From positions 1-64,000 of the IMG/VR virus record IMGVR_UViG_3300032331_002448: DNA of 64,000 nt; one strand, 5' to 3'. This document shows, piece by piece, positions 28,383-37,586 of this stretch. Under the pieces are notes generated by a model that saw only the letters and a program-made list of their open reading frames with translations, was not told the DNA's origin and ran no database searches. Numbering within the stretch: position 1 is the first letter of the stretch; each line of letters starts with the position of its first letter. A program made the translations under genes and the position numbers. The stretch comes from a virus.

Positions 28383-30111
28383 AGGTTACCTCTTTTTGAA
28401 GACTTTCTAAAGTTCTGTAAAGGAACGGGGTGAGATTTAATCTAGGATCCGCAGCCATTGGAAGATTAGGTTGCTGCGGATGTGGAGTCCTCATCTGTAA
28501 ATTGACTAAATCAATAAACGATGAATACGCCCTTTGTACCTCTCCTACCATTCTAAACGGATAACCAGAAAGCATTCCTGCAATCTCATCATCAGTTTTT
28601 GAAGGGAAAAGGTACTTCAGTGCTTCAATGCTATCAACACCTAATTCTTGTAGGTTTCGTGTAAAGATTGACTGGTTAAGTTTGTCCTGTGCAGTGTCTT
28701 CATAAACTGGTCCCATCCAGCGCCAGCACACGGTTCTGTCGCCATCTGGCGCTAATCCAAGCACACCGTTGGGGATTTCTTTTGTTTCAATTGCGTTATC
28801 AATGGCCTTCTGTAAGCCCTTCTCATATTTGATTTTTGCTTTCTCATATTTGGTTTGTTCGACTGGATCATTAGAATTTTCTGGTGGAATGGGATAAACC
28901 AAACCAGAAGCTTGCGCCAGGCTCTTGCGGAAGATTTGTTCTTCCTGAAAGATCATTAACTCAAAACATTTGCACAAACCATAGGTGTAAAGTTGCAAAC
29001 ATTTTTTCTTGGCAGTAGCACTAACACGACCGTAAGCAGATTTAATTTCAGTAGCGGTAACGTTGGTAATGCTGAGGTCATCAATACCGCCAAGAGCAAG
29101 CCGAATTTCTGAACGAAGCTGATCAACATAACGAGCTTGTTCAGAACTAACTGCCATTGGTGTAATAAAACCAACGCGATCTGTTGGCTCCAGGTTGGCA
29201 ATAACCCTTGGCACTCTCATGCCTGAACCAGGGCGCCCAATGTACCCAGGCGGATTGCGGCTTACATTATCTTGCTTGTAAGTAGAAGATGAAAGGCTGA
29301 ACTCAGATTGGAAACCGGATTGGCTGGAGATGCTAGGACGTTGGGCAACTTCACCATCTTGCTTCTCAATGATGTCCTGTTTAGGACGAGAAGAAAGCAA
29401 AGTTGGATTACCAAAGAACGAAAGGTTTGCCCTGATGTTTTTAACCATCTCATCATGGGCAATAACCTGATTAGCCAGCCATTCAAATTCACCACTGCCT
29501 TCAGTACCAAACGCATCAGGGTTATTAAAAACTTCAATACAAGGAATAAATTCCAGAGTATTGATTACAGTTTTTGAATTTAAAGATGCAAAGTTTTCAG
29601 GCATATCAAAGGTGATTTCCTGTTCACTGTGCGATTCCTCAATCTCAGTAGCGGTAATCCGTAACCGCATGTACCGTTTATCCGTAGTAAGTCCGACTCC
29701 ACCAAAACCACGGGAGGACTTAACTTTATAGGGATAAATAATAATTACTTCTTCTAAATCACCTTCGGGAGTGTAGTATGTACGGTACGCATCTTTGTCA
29801 AACCAATACAATCTATAGGTTTTCTTTGTTGGACGAATATAAAACAAGCCTTTGCCGTACGCCAGAAACCTATCCCAAATGGCATCTAATCGAGCGTCTA
29901 ATTTGTTAAACTTAATGACTTGCTGGATAAAGTCAAACCGCTGGGTGCCAAAGTTATCTTGATCAGGATAAAATTCAACGCCCTGCCTGATCCCAAACAT
30001 TTTCATTTGGGAAAGGTGGGCGTTAATGAGCATGGTATCTGCTGCGCCTGTTGACTCGCGGTTTACCGCAGCACGCAACATCCCCTCTAACAATGTGTTG
30101 GTTTCGCTCAT
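27835..30111 (-). CDS. Portal protein
   Basis: Downstream of terminase; FIPCIEVFN..G.GEFEWL..., ATEIK motifs; C-terminal extension overlaps the scaffold gene. Confidence 0.75.
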   Translation of the reverse strand: MSETNTLLEGMLRAAVNRESTGAADTMLINAHLSQMKMFGIRQGVEFYPDQDNFGTQRFDFIQQVIKFNKLDARLDAIWDRFLAYGKGLFYIRPTKKTYRLYWFDKDAYRTYYTPEGDLEEVIIIYPYKVKSSRGFGGVGLTTDKRYMRLRITATEIEESHSEQEITFDMPENFASLNSKTVINTLEFIPCIEVFNNPDAFGTEGSGEFEWLANQVIAHDEMVKNIRANLSFFGNPTLLSSRPKQDIIEKQDGEVAQRPSISSQSGFQSEFSLSSSTYKQDNVSRNPPGYIGRPGSGMRVPRVIANLEPTDRVGFITPMAVSSEQARYVDQLRSEIRLALGGIDDLSITNVTATEIKSAYGRVSATAKKKCLQLYTYGLCKCFELMIFQEEQIFRKSLAQASGLVYPIPPENSNDPVEQTKYEKAKIKYEKGLQKAIDNAIETKEIPNGVLGLAPDGDRTVCWRWMGPVYEDTAQDKLNQSIFTRNLQELGVDSIEALKYLFPSKTDDEIAGMLSGYPFRMVGEVQRAYSSFIDLVNLQMRTPHPQQPNLPMAADPRLNLTPFLYRTLESLQKEVTYAGRYRSADPIGTPVLPDPADQLRGAGSSADGSSSSFSGYNAAMGGALPGSGGPSPANAGPDGGPATPIQPYSVVSPGLPTSSPAAIGESLQGGIQPGGGTPEFAGPIPVPGSTITSDRTNRPGQLQFPGVFPVQQQQRVSGSADLYAWNQQQPGLLQQLFPNFTGNQPGTAPGKRGKPSKP

Positions 30112-30138
30112 TACTTCTTAATTTGCCGTGTCTTTATC

Positions 30139-30312
30139 TTACTCAACCTCATAGCCAGGTGTCAGCCGTTTGAAAATAATCGAATCATCTTCCACTTCAA
30201 TGTCAAACCGTTCACCAGGAACCAGCCCCATGTCATGACACAGTTCATCAGGAAGAGAGAAGATAGCAGAGCCGTAACTATCCTGCTCTAATTCAATTTC
30301 AAAATACTGCAT
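30139..30312 (-). CDS. AbrB/MazE/SpoVT-like small protein (not in ORF track)
   Basis: MQYFEIELEQDSYGSAIFSLPDELCHDMGLVPGERFDIEVEDDSIIFKRL. Confidence 0.65.
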   Translation of the reverse strand: MQYFEIELEQDSYGSAIFSLPDELCHDMGLVPGERFDIEVEDDSIIFKRLTPGYEVE

Positions 30313-30336
30313 AACAAGATTGTATGATCTAAATCG

Positions 30337-30393
30337 TCAATACTCTAACTCTAGTTTTCCTTTGGCCATCAATCCGTTGCATAACCAAACGAG
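30337..30393 (-). pseudogene. Orphaned duplicate of the terminase 3' end
   Basis: Translates to LVWLCNGLMAKGKLELEY*, identical to the TerL C-terminus but with different codons. Confidence 0.9.
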
Positions 30394-30845
30394 AATTTAT
30401 TTTGCTGCAGCAATTTATTAAAAAATTCAAGGTCGTGAGTTTTAATGCGGTGACAATTAGCACACAGCACCTGGCATTTTTTTATTTCCAAAAGCAACGT
30501 TGAAACATTTGTAGTGTGCATTTTTGCAATGTCTCGTTTTTTTGTGGCTGGATCCAAATGATCAAAATCTAAAGCGCAAGCATGTGCATTATATCCACAG
30601 CATTCGCAACCACGTTTTAATTTTTCTTCTTGAATAATTTTGACGTTTCTTTGTTGTGACCGTTTTGCTGCGTTTTTGCAACTTAAATTTCTTTTTGCCC
30701 ACGCCTCAGGTGTAAGCCAATTTATTTGAAAAGTTCCGTCTTTATTGATTCTAGATTTTCGCCGATACGCTAAAAAAATTCGACCATCTGGTCCAATCTC
30801 ACCGTATTTCCAAGGTTGGTTTGTTTTGGGATTCAATCTTTCCAT
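30369..30845 (-). CDS. Free-standing HNH homing endonuclease
   Basis: CECCG..ALDFDH..KCQVLCANCHRIKT; sits between two copies of the TerL end. Confidence 0.85.
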   Translation of the reverse strand: MERLNPKTNQPWKYGEIGPDGRIFLAYRRKSRINKDGTFQINWLTPEAWAKRNLSCKNAAKRSQQRNVKIIQEEKLKRGCECCGYNAHACALDFDHLDPATKKRDIAKMHTTNVSTLLLEIKKCQVLCANCHRIKTHDLEFFNKLLQQNKFSFGYATD

Positions 30846-32368
30846 TAATACTCTAACTCTAGTTTGCCTTTAGCCATTAGGCCATTGCACAACCATACTA
30901 AGGCATCGACCGTATCGTCGTGAGAGCTGACGCCAAAGTTTACGATTTCATCTGTCAATGCTTGGAACTTACGGTATTTGTTGAATTTAATTTTGCGTTG
31001 TTCAAACAATCCCATAATGCCCCTAAACCGTGCAACTTTATCGCCACGGAATCCTTTGATTGGGTGCCAGATCATATTGTAAAGTCCATGGTCACCCAAA
31101 CAGATTCGTTTGAAGTCAGCTTCTAACGATGCTTGATACGCTACAGCTTCTGACCAAACATCAACACTGGTGCCAGTTGGATGGTAATTGTCTCCATCTT
31201 TATGGACTATCCCCCACTCGTAAAGCATTTCCATTAGGGCCTCTAATTTTTCCAGGTTGCCCATGATACGGATGCGTTTGCAATCAATAATGTAAACCTT
31301 GTCTCCAACGCGTCCGCCTAAAACAAAAACACTGTAGTCATTTCTTTCTCTGACGCCAGCAGAAAGGTCAACGCCAATTCCAATACGATCAAACTCTGTA
31401 GGAATTTGACCTTTAACAATCAAGTCAGGAGACAGTGAAAGCTCACTGGTTTGAACAATTTGATTTTGGTACTGAAAGCTAAAGCTAATTGGTGCTTGCC
31501 GACGGCGATCTTGTAGGTATTCCAGTGACCACATTTCTGGCCAATAAGAAACTTCATCACCTTCTTTGTCAACAGTAACTGCAGACTGGACAAGCTGAAC
31601 CCAGTTATTTGCTGGAGTAAACGTTGTGTTGTGAATGTCGTCATGACGGAATCTGGTGCCAAGGCAGATGGCCCTACCACCTTCAAACATGGTTGGAACA
31701 ATAACGGAGTTCCAGTTATCTTCCATCATCAATCGAATATCTTTGTTTTTAATATCGTCAGCACTTTTTACAACGTCATCAAGGATAAGAAGATGACTAC
31801 GTTTTGAGGTCACAGCACCTTTAAGACCTGCGCAACAAACGGTAAATTCTTCTTCACCAGTAGATTTGATGCCAGCAAACTTCCAGTCAATGCTCCAATA
31901 CTCGTTAGAGTTAATGCCTTTGGCAATCTTAACCATTGGAAAGATCTCTCGATAGAGTTTGCTTTCTTCAATGGTTCGCTTGATAGCTGCGCTTTTAGGA
32001 CGCGCAACATCAACTGTGTAGGAAATGTAAAGAATCTTTAAGGGTTTCTTGTGTAGTGCGTGGACGCCAATAGCCCAAGCAGTAAACAAACCAAGAACTG
32101 TGCTTTTAGCTGATCCGCGTGGCGCCAGAATGTCAACGTTAGGACCGCTAATGCTCTTCAAACATTCAGAGTCTTCGCCAGTGCAAAGATACTGGTGCCA
32201 TTGCATGTGATGTTTTGCAGGTTTTTTATCTCCTACTACATCACAAAAATATGCAAAATCAGTACGTGCTCTTTCAACGTCAATGTCTGATGTTTTTTTT
32301 ACAACGTGTTGTTTTGCAGCAGCGCGTGCTGTTCTCCGATAAACGGAATAGATGCTGGTTCCTGACAT
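30845..32368 (-). CDS. terL: Terminase large subunit
   Basis: APRGSAKS Walker A, LLILDD Walker B, GTR, GVDLS nuclease motif, HDDTVDA. Confidence 0.93.
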   Translation of the reverse strand: MSGTSIYSVYRRTARAAAKQHVVKKTSDIDVERARTDFAYFCDVVGDKKPAKHHMQWHQYLCTGEDSECLKSISGPNVDILAPRGSAKSTVLGLFTAWAIGVHALHKKPLKILYISYTVDVARPKSAAIKRTIEESKLYREIFPMVKIAKGINSNEYWSIDWKFAGIKSTGEEEFTVCCAGLKGAVTSKRSHLLILDDVVKSADDIKNKDIRLMMEDNWNSVIVPTMFEGGRAICLGTRFRHDDIHNTTFTPANNWVQLVQSAVTVDKEGDEVSYWPEMWSLEYLQDRRRQAPISFSFQYQNQIVQTSELSLSPDLIVKGQIPTEFDRIGIGVDLSAGVRERNDYSVFVLGGRVGDKVYIIDCKRIRIMGNLEKLEALMEMLYEWGIVHKDGDNYHPTGTSVDVWSEAVAYQASLEADFKRICLGDHGLYNMIWHPIKGFRGDKVARFRGIMGLFEQRKIKFNKYRKFQALTDEIVNFGVSSHDDTVDALVWLCNGLMAKGKLELEY

Positions 32369-32392
32369 CCCTTTAGGTTACGCTACTAAACC

Positions 32393-32875
32393 TTAGGATT
32401 CTTCTGCCAGGATTTTTGTCCACACGCCCATAGAAGCAACCTGCAAAGATTCCTCAATGGGATCATCTCTAAAGATAAGAAGCAATTCTCTTAAGGAGCG
32501 ATCGGCGCCAGCAAGAATTAAACCTTGTTTATCTGTCAAATGTTTTTCGTCATTTAGCTGTTTGATTGCACCACGCAATTCTTTCTGCAGCATTGCAATA
32601 CGAGCAGTTCCCATATCTTGCTTTACCATTCCCATGTCAATGCCTTCGCGCAGCTTGGCAATGTCAACCTGCATGGAAGCAATCTCAGTTTCTAAAACCA
32701 AGTTAAAGTTTGGTTTTTTGTATTGCTGTTGAGCCCACTGATCACATTCAACAATTGAGCCTTTAAACCCCATGAAACGGGCATAAAGGTACATTTGAAT
32801 TGGAGAAGAAACTTTCTTGCAGAAAGCAAGATAAGATTCTTTCTCGTTTTCAGTTAACCGTTCTAACCAAGACGT
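32393..32875 (-). CDS. Hypothetical protein, possible terminase small subunit; probable ACG start
   Basis: Helical ORF directly upstream of terL; TAACG overlap with the previous stop (track start GTG 32902). Confidence 0.5.
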   Translation of the reverse strand, partial: TSWLERLTENEKESYLAFCKKVSSPIQMYLYARFMGFKGSIVECDQWAQQQYKKPNFNLVLETEIASMQVDIAKLREGIDMGMVKQDMGTARIAMLQKELRGAIKQLNDEKHLTDKQGLILAGADRSLRELLLIFRDDPIEESLQVASMGVWTKILAEES

Positions 32876-34041
32876 TACGCTCTGTACGCTTTTTGCGACC
32901 ACTCGTAATCACGTTGCGACTTGTACTTATCATAATCTTGTGCTTGTTGTTGTGCAAGCCTGGTTTGCCTGCCACTTTCGCTGATTCCTAACCGTTCTTG
33001 CTCTCCTGCTGTAACAGTGCCTAAGCGTTGCTGTTGACCAGTTTCACGGATTCCTAAACGTTGCTGTTCACCTGAAGCAGCAGTCCCCAAGCGTTCTTGT
33101 TCCCCTGCTGTGACTGTTCCCAACCGTTGTTGTTCTCCGGCAGTAACAGTACCTAAACGTTGCTGCTCACCTGTTTCACGGATTCCCAGACGTTCTTCTT
33201 GCCCTGCGGCAGCCGTTCCTAACCGCTGTTGTTCACCAGCAGTAACAGTCCCTAATCGCTGTTGTTCGCCGGTTTCACGGATTCCTAGCCGCTGTTCTAC
33301 GCCAGCAACAAGAGTCCCTAAACGTTGTTGCAAACCGCTTTCACTAATTCCTAAACGTTCTTGTTCACCAGCAGTAACAGTTCCTAAACGTTGCTGCTCA
33401 CCGGCTGTAATCGTGCCTAACCGTTGTTGCGCACCAGTTGCACCAATTGCTAAACGCTCTTGCTCACCTGCGGTTACTGTGCCTAACCGCTGCTGTTCAC
33501 CAGCAGTCACTGTACCCAGCCGTTGCTGCTCACCTGCGGTAACAGTTCCTAATCGCTGTTGTAAACCGCTCTCACCAATTCCCAAGCGTTCTTGTTGTCC
33601 TGCTGTGACTGTTCCTAAACGCTGTTGTTCACCAGCAGTAATTGTGCCCAAGCGTTGCTGTAATCCAGATACAAGTGTACTAAGACGCTCTTGTTCGCCT
33701 GCTGTAACAGTTCCTAGCCGTTGCTGCTCACCAGCCGTAACGGTACCAAGACGCTGTTGTTCTCCAGCTGTAACGGTGCCTAAGCGTTCTTGCTCGCCTT
33801 GTGTTTGCAAGGTGCTACGTGTTTCTGCACCAGTTGCTTGCGTCTGGCGGACATTCTGGCCAGTAAAGAACTCACTGTTTGCACGATCAAGCTCAGCGCC
33901 AAGTCGCATGTTCATCTGCTGTTGCTGCCCACTGGTTTCCATCAATGCAGTTTGATTTTGCAAAGACTGGGTAGACACCGCTTGAGTAGACGGAGGCGGC
34001 GGCGGCGGTGGATTGTAAACAACAGGAGAAGAACTGCCCAT
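32875..34041 (-). CDS. 11-residue tandem repeat protein (putative internal virion protein)
   Basis: About 25 copies of GTVTAGEQQRL-type units. Confidence 0.8.
   Translation of the reverse strand: MGSSSPVVYNPPPPPPPSTQAVSTQSLQNQTALMETSGQQQQMNMRLGAELDRANSEFFTGQNVRQTQATGAETRSTLQTQGEQERLGTVTAGEQQRLGTVTAGEQQRLGTVTAGEQERLSTLVSGLQQRLGTITAGEQQRLGTVTAGQQERLGIGESGLQQRLGTVTAGEQQRLGTVTAGEQQRLGTVTAGEQERLAIGATGAQQRLGTITAGEQQRLGTVTAGEQERLGISESGLQQRLGTLVAGVEQRLGIRETGEQQRLGTVTAGEQQRLGTAAAGQEERLGIRETGEQQRLGTVTAGEQQRLGTVTAGEQERLGTAASGEQQRLGIRETGQQQRLGTVTAGEQERLGISESGRQTRLAQQQAQDYDKYKSQRDYEWSQKAYRA
32960..33800 (-). repeat. 33 bp coding tandem repeat array
   Basis: Synonymously diverged 33 nt units; boundaries approximate. 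Confidence 0.85.
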
Positions 34042-34081
34042 TACGTTAACTCGTTAGTATCAGTATAGCAAGGTTAAAAGA

Positions 34082-34603
34082 TTAAGCCGTGAAAGTTTGA
34101 CCAGCATAACCCATCCGCCCAGGTTGTTTTGCGGCAATCAGCTGATTAGCAAGTGCATTGGATAACGCAGCATCAGCTCCTGCTGTATTGGCTAAGTTGC
34201 TTGAAGCAATGAATCCACGTTGAACTTGAGCTGTTGGAGAATTTTCTCGATAATCTAATCCAGCTTTTTGAAGTTGCAGATCATACAGCTTGGCCTGGTT
34301 AATACCAGGTTGATAGATGTCCCGCCAAGCTGTAGCAGCTTGTTGCGTTGCCATATCTCCGTATGCTTGTTGATACCTTAAAGCATCTTCAGGAGTCCAA
34401 AGACCATAACGAGATAAATCTGGCGGACCTTCTAGTTTAGTTTTTCCTGAAGTATCCAAGTTAAAAGGATCAAACTTGGGCGCTTCAATTCCTTTGGAAT
34501 CAAATTGCGGAACTTTATAGTTAGCGTAATTTTTTAAAAAAGGAAGAGCTTTCCAGATACCGTTACCAAGAGCTGAGCTAAAGTCAGTGCTGGAATCTGC
34601 CAT
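34082..34603 (-). CDS. Putative internal virion protein
   Basis: Ala/Gln-rich helical protein. Confidence 0.65.
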   Translation of the reverse strand: MADSSTDFSSALGNGIWKALPFLKNYANYKVPQFDSKGIEAPKFDPFNLDTSGKTKLEGPPDLSRYGLWTPEDALRYQQAYGDMATQQAATAWRDIYQPGINQAKLYDLQLQKAGLDYRENSPTAQVQRGFIASSNLANTAGADAALSNALANQLIAAKQPGRMGYAGQTFTA

Positions 34604-34605
34604 GA

Positions 34606-35373
34606 TCAAACATACCCGCCACGCATTGTTGCAGCTTGTAACATAGCTTGGTTACCTTGCTGAGCAAGAGCTTGTGCACCAAGCTGAGCTTGAGACATGG
34701 CTTGAGCACCTTGTTGTAGCCGAGTCCTTAATTGAGCGCCAGCACCTTGACGAAGAAGGTCTGCATTTTGTGCTTTAGTAATCATTTCATATTGATACGG
34801 CATTAACGTTTTCATCTGCTCTAACTGACTACGAGCTTCCATTTCGCCTCGTAGCATCTGACCACGAGCAGCACTATTAAGAGCTGCAACGTCCATGTAA
34901 CTGTCAGGACCATATTGACTTAAAGAAGGAGGGCCTGGAAGATTTACCTCACCAGTTGCTTCAGGTGTAGTAAGTTGTTGGCCTGCTCCTAAAAGTTCCA
35001 TCGAACCACGAAGAGCATCACCAGCTTTGCGGCTACCTGGCGTCAGCGCAGAAGCAAGATTAGCTGCTAAAGGAGCACCTCCAAATCCAATAACACCAGT
35101 AGCAATGCCGGGAGCAAGCGCTCGATATGCACTTAAATTCTTTGTTATTGGACCAAAAGGAATTTGACCAAAAAGTCTTCCTTCACCAAAGGCAGCAGCT
35201 CTTTTGCCCAATGAAGGTGCAAATCCAGTTACGGCACCAGCAGCTCCACCAGCCATTAATGCTTTGCCAAGGTCACCGCCTGTTTGATCATAGGTTGCCT
35301 TTGCAGTTCCTAAACCAGCCAGTGTAGGAATAACATAAGGAAGCACTCTTGCCCCAAAAACTCCTAAACTCAT
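34606..35373 (-). CDS. Putative internal virion/ejection protein
   Basis: Gly/Ala hydrophobic helices, Gln-rich C-half, ends -YV. Confidence 0.7.
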   Translation of the reverse strand: MSLGVFGARVLPYVIPTLAGLGTAKATYDQTGGDLGKALMAGGAAGAVTGFAPSLGKRAAAFGEGRLFGQIPFGPITKNLSAYRALAPGIATGVIGFGGAPLAANLASALTPGSRKAGDALRGSMELLGAGQQLTTPEATGEVNLPGPPSLSQYGPDSYMDVAALNSAARGQMLRGEMEARSQLEQMKTLMPYQYEMITKAQNADLLRQGAGAQLRTRLQQGAQAMSQAQLGAQALAQQGNQAMLQAATMRGGYV

Positions 35374-35413
35374 AATCTAACTCCTTATGTTTAGTATTTT
35401 AAGCTGAGTAAGT

Positions 35414-35797
35414 TTATCCAAACAACCCGCCAGTCAACGTGCGCATACCTGCTCCTAAAGCTGCGTTAGCAATCTTTTCGCCCCAGCCAGGTTGCCCAGC
35501 AATGTATTGACTTGGCCCACCACTTTGACTAATAATTCCAATATCAGCGGTAAACGGATTAAAGTTTGCACCGTAAGCACCTCCATCTCTAAAAGGAGAA
35601 GATGATGAATAACCTTGACCGCCAAATAAATTTTGTGTAAATTGGTTTAAAAAGTCTTTACCAAAGTTTTTTCCTGAGCCAGTATTTTTGGTAAAATCTT
35701 TATTCCAATCTGTCTTGTATGCGTCATCAAAACTCCCTCCCCAGCCAGAACTAGCTCCAGGATCAAACTTAAAATCTGTAGAAGCGTTCCAAGCCAT
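35414..35797 (-). CDS. Gly/Phe-rich putative virion protein
   Basis: ATG 35797. Confidence 0.6.
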   Translation of the reverse strand: MAWNASTDFKFDPGASSGWGGSFDDAYKTDWNKDFTKNTGSGKNFGKDFLNQFTQNLFGGQGYSSSSPFRDGGAYGANFNPFTADIGIISQSGGPSQYIAGQPGWGEKIANAALGAGMRTLTGGLFG

Positions 35798-35799
35798 AA

Positions 35800-37164
35800 T
35801 CAAACGTAAGAAGCAAGTTCTTGCCAGCTACGGGCATTTGGTTGTCCTAGTGCTGCACTTGCAGCTTCTAAACTACCGTGTTTGTGTTTTAAGTATTCTA
35901 CCGGATTACTTTTTTTAATCCGTTGCTCTGATGCTTTCTGCAATGCTTTCTTGGTCGCATAACCAACACCTAATGCTGTAGCAATGCCAGCGCCAGCAAC
36001 GGCTAAATTTTTGTACGGACCTAAAGCTTGCCCTGCTTGTTGGATAAAGTTTAAATCAGGTCCAGGTGCATTAGCAGCTCTCTCACCAACTTCTTCAATA
36101 CGTTTGTGGAGATGTTCTATTTTTTTACCGTAAGTTTCTGCGCCGGTTAAATTTTTGCTAAGCTCTTTTAGTTGATTAAAATATTCAGGATTAGTAGAAA
36201 CTTTTCCACCCGCAGTTGCAACTTGACTTGGCATTGGGTAGCTAGCAGTTTTTGCTGCTGTACCTAATGTTTTAACTGTCTTGCCTAGTTCATTTTCTAA
36301 CTTTGTTACCATTGAGTTAAGTTTTACTTTCCTACTAAAAGGTACTTCAGTTGCTGCTTGCAATCCTTTCATTGCAGCATATCCTGCACCAATGCCAGCA
36401 ACAGCGCTAACAGTAACGGGCCGTCCCATGAGACGAATTTCTGGATCACCTGCTAAACCTTCAACTGATCCCCTAACAATTCCTTGCGCAGTAACAAACG
36501 TTCCTGTTTCAGGATCAATAGTTACGTACTTCCCTGGTTTATTTTTCTTTTGAAGATAACTACGATAACGCTGATACTGACTTGGAAGAATATCTGGACG
36601 TTCTTCTTTGTATAAGTGGTATGAAAGAACATCACCAGGGCGACCTGTTAAGAAGCGAAGAGTTGCATCTACTGGCGCAGAAATAGGAGTACGTCCTGTT
36701 GGATCTTCTTCTAATGATGCTGGCGCCAATGATTTATAACCTTTAGGTCGGAAACCTTCTTTGACATATCCAAAGCCTCCTCCGCTTACTGTTTGATTAA
36801 CAAGAGGAACTCCAATTCCAACCAAAGCTCCAGCAAGAGTGCCACTCATTCCTAAATCTCTTCCCATAGCCCGGCCAATATCTCCTGCCATGCGAGGAAC
36901 ATTTGTGTAATGCCACCACTCGCGCCGAGTTTGATCAGTTAAAAGATCGTTAATAGTCCCAGCAGCTGCTGCAGTAGCTTTTTTTACTTTGCCAGCTTGG
37001 TTTGCTGCATATTGCGCATACTTGCCAATGTGTTTAAAAGTTGAACCGTAACCGTAATTGCCTTCCCATACATTTGCTTCAGCTCTTTTAAAAACATCTT
37101 GAGCAAAGTTCTGCGCAAACTTTAATCCATTGTTCAGATAATTATTTACGGTCTGTGGATTCAT
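35800..37164 (-). CDS. Putative internal virion/ejection protein
   Basis: 454 aa with Gly/Ala helices, ends -YV. Confidence 0.7.
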   Translation of the reverse strand: MNPQTVNNYLNNGLKFAQNFAQDVFKRAEANVWEGNYGYGSTFKHIGKYAQYAANQAGKVKKATAAAAGTINDLLTDQTRREWWHYTNVPRMAGDIGRAMGRDLGMSGTLAGALVGIGVPLVNQTVSGGGFGYVKEGFRPKGYKSLAPASLEEDPTGRTPISAPVDATLRFLTGRPGDVLSYHLYKEERPDILPSQYQRYRSYLQKKNKPGKYVTIDPETGTFVTAQGIVRGSVEGLAGDPEIRLMGRPVTVSAVAGIGAGYAAMKGLQAATEVPFSRKVKLNSMVTKLENELGKTVKTLGTAAKTASYPMPSQVATAGGKVSTNPEYFNQLKELSKNLTGAETYGKKIEHLHKRIEEVGERAANAPGPDLNFIQQAGQALGPYKNLAVAGAGIATALGVGYATKKALQKASEQRIKKSNPVEYLKHKHGSLEAASAALGQPNARSWQELASYV

Positions 37165-37577
37165 TACACATACCTTTTGGAAATTCCTTGCGCATACATC
37201 TGCATTGCAATATCAGCAGGGTCGTGCCTGGTCTGATGAATCACTTCCGTAGGTTGTTTTTCAGCTTGGATTAAACTAAGTCTCTGTAAGTAACGTTGAT
37301 GTTCAATTGCAGCTTGCTGATATTGCTGAGCACTAAGTCCTAAAGTATTGCCAACGTAAGAAGTGTGCGCTTCAGGTTGAATAGCGGCACTGATTGGCGG
37401 TTGCATTGCATTATTAATTGCACCAGTAATTCGCGGATTTAATGCACTGGTAACTGCATTTGCAGCTAAACCTACGCCAGCATCAAAGGCAACCCTTTTG
37501 CCAAACCCTTGTACAGTAGGTGAGTTAAAAAATGCGCCTAATGCTTGTCCTGCTTTGCGCATGTTGCTAATGTCCAT
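37164..37577 (-). CDS. Putative internal virion protein
   Basis: 137 aa, ends -YV. Confidence 0.65.
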   Translation of the reverse strand: MDISNMRKAGQALGAFFNSPTVQGFGKRVAFDAGVGLAANAVTSALNPRITGAINNAMQPPISAAIQPEAHTSYVGNTLGLSAQQYQQAAIEHQRYLQRLSLIQAEKQPTEVIHQTRHDPADIAMQMYAQGISKRYV

Positions 37578-37586
37578 GGTTTAATT

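Noticed and set aside
30337-30901. Group I intron or intein in terL
   Set aside because: terL is complete with its own stop, and there is no room for an intron core around the HNH gene.
33110-33955. 281 aa Cys-rich plus-strand ORF
   Set aside because: Antisense shadow of the 33 bp repeat gene.
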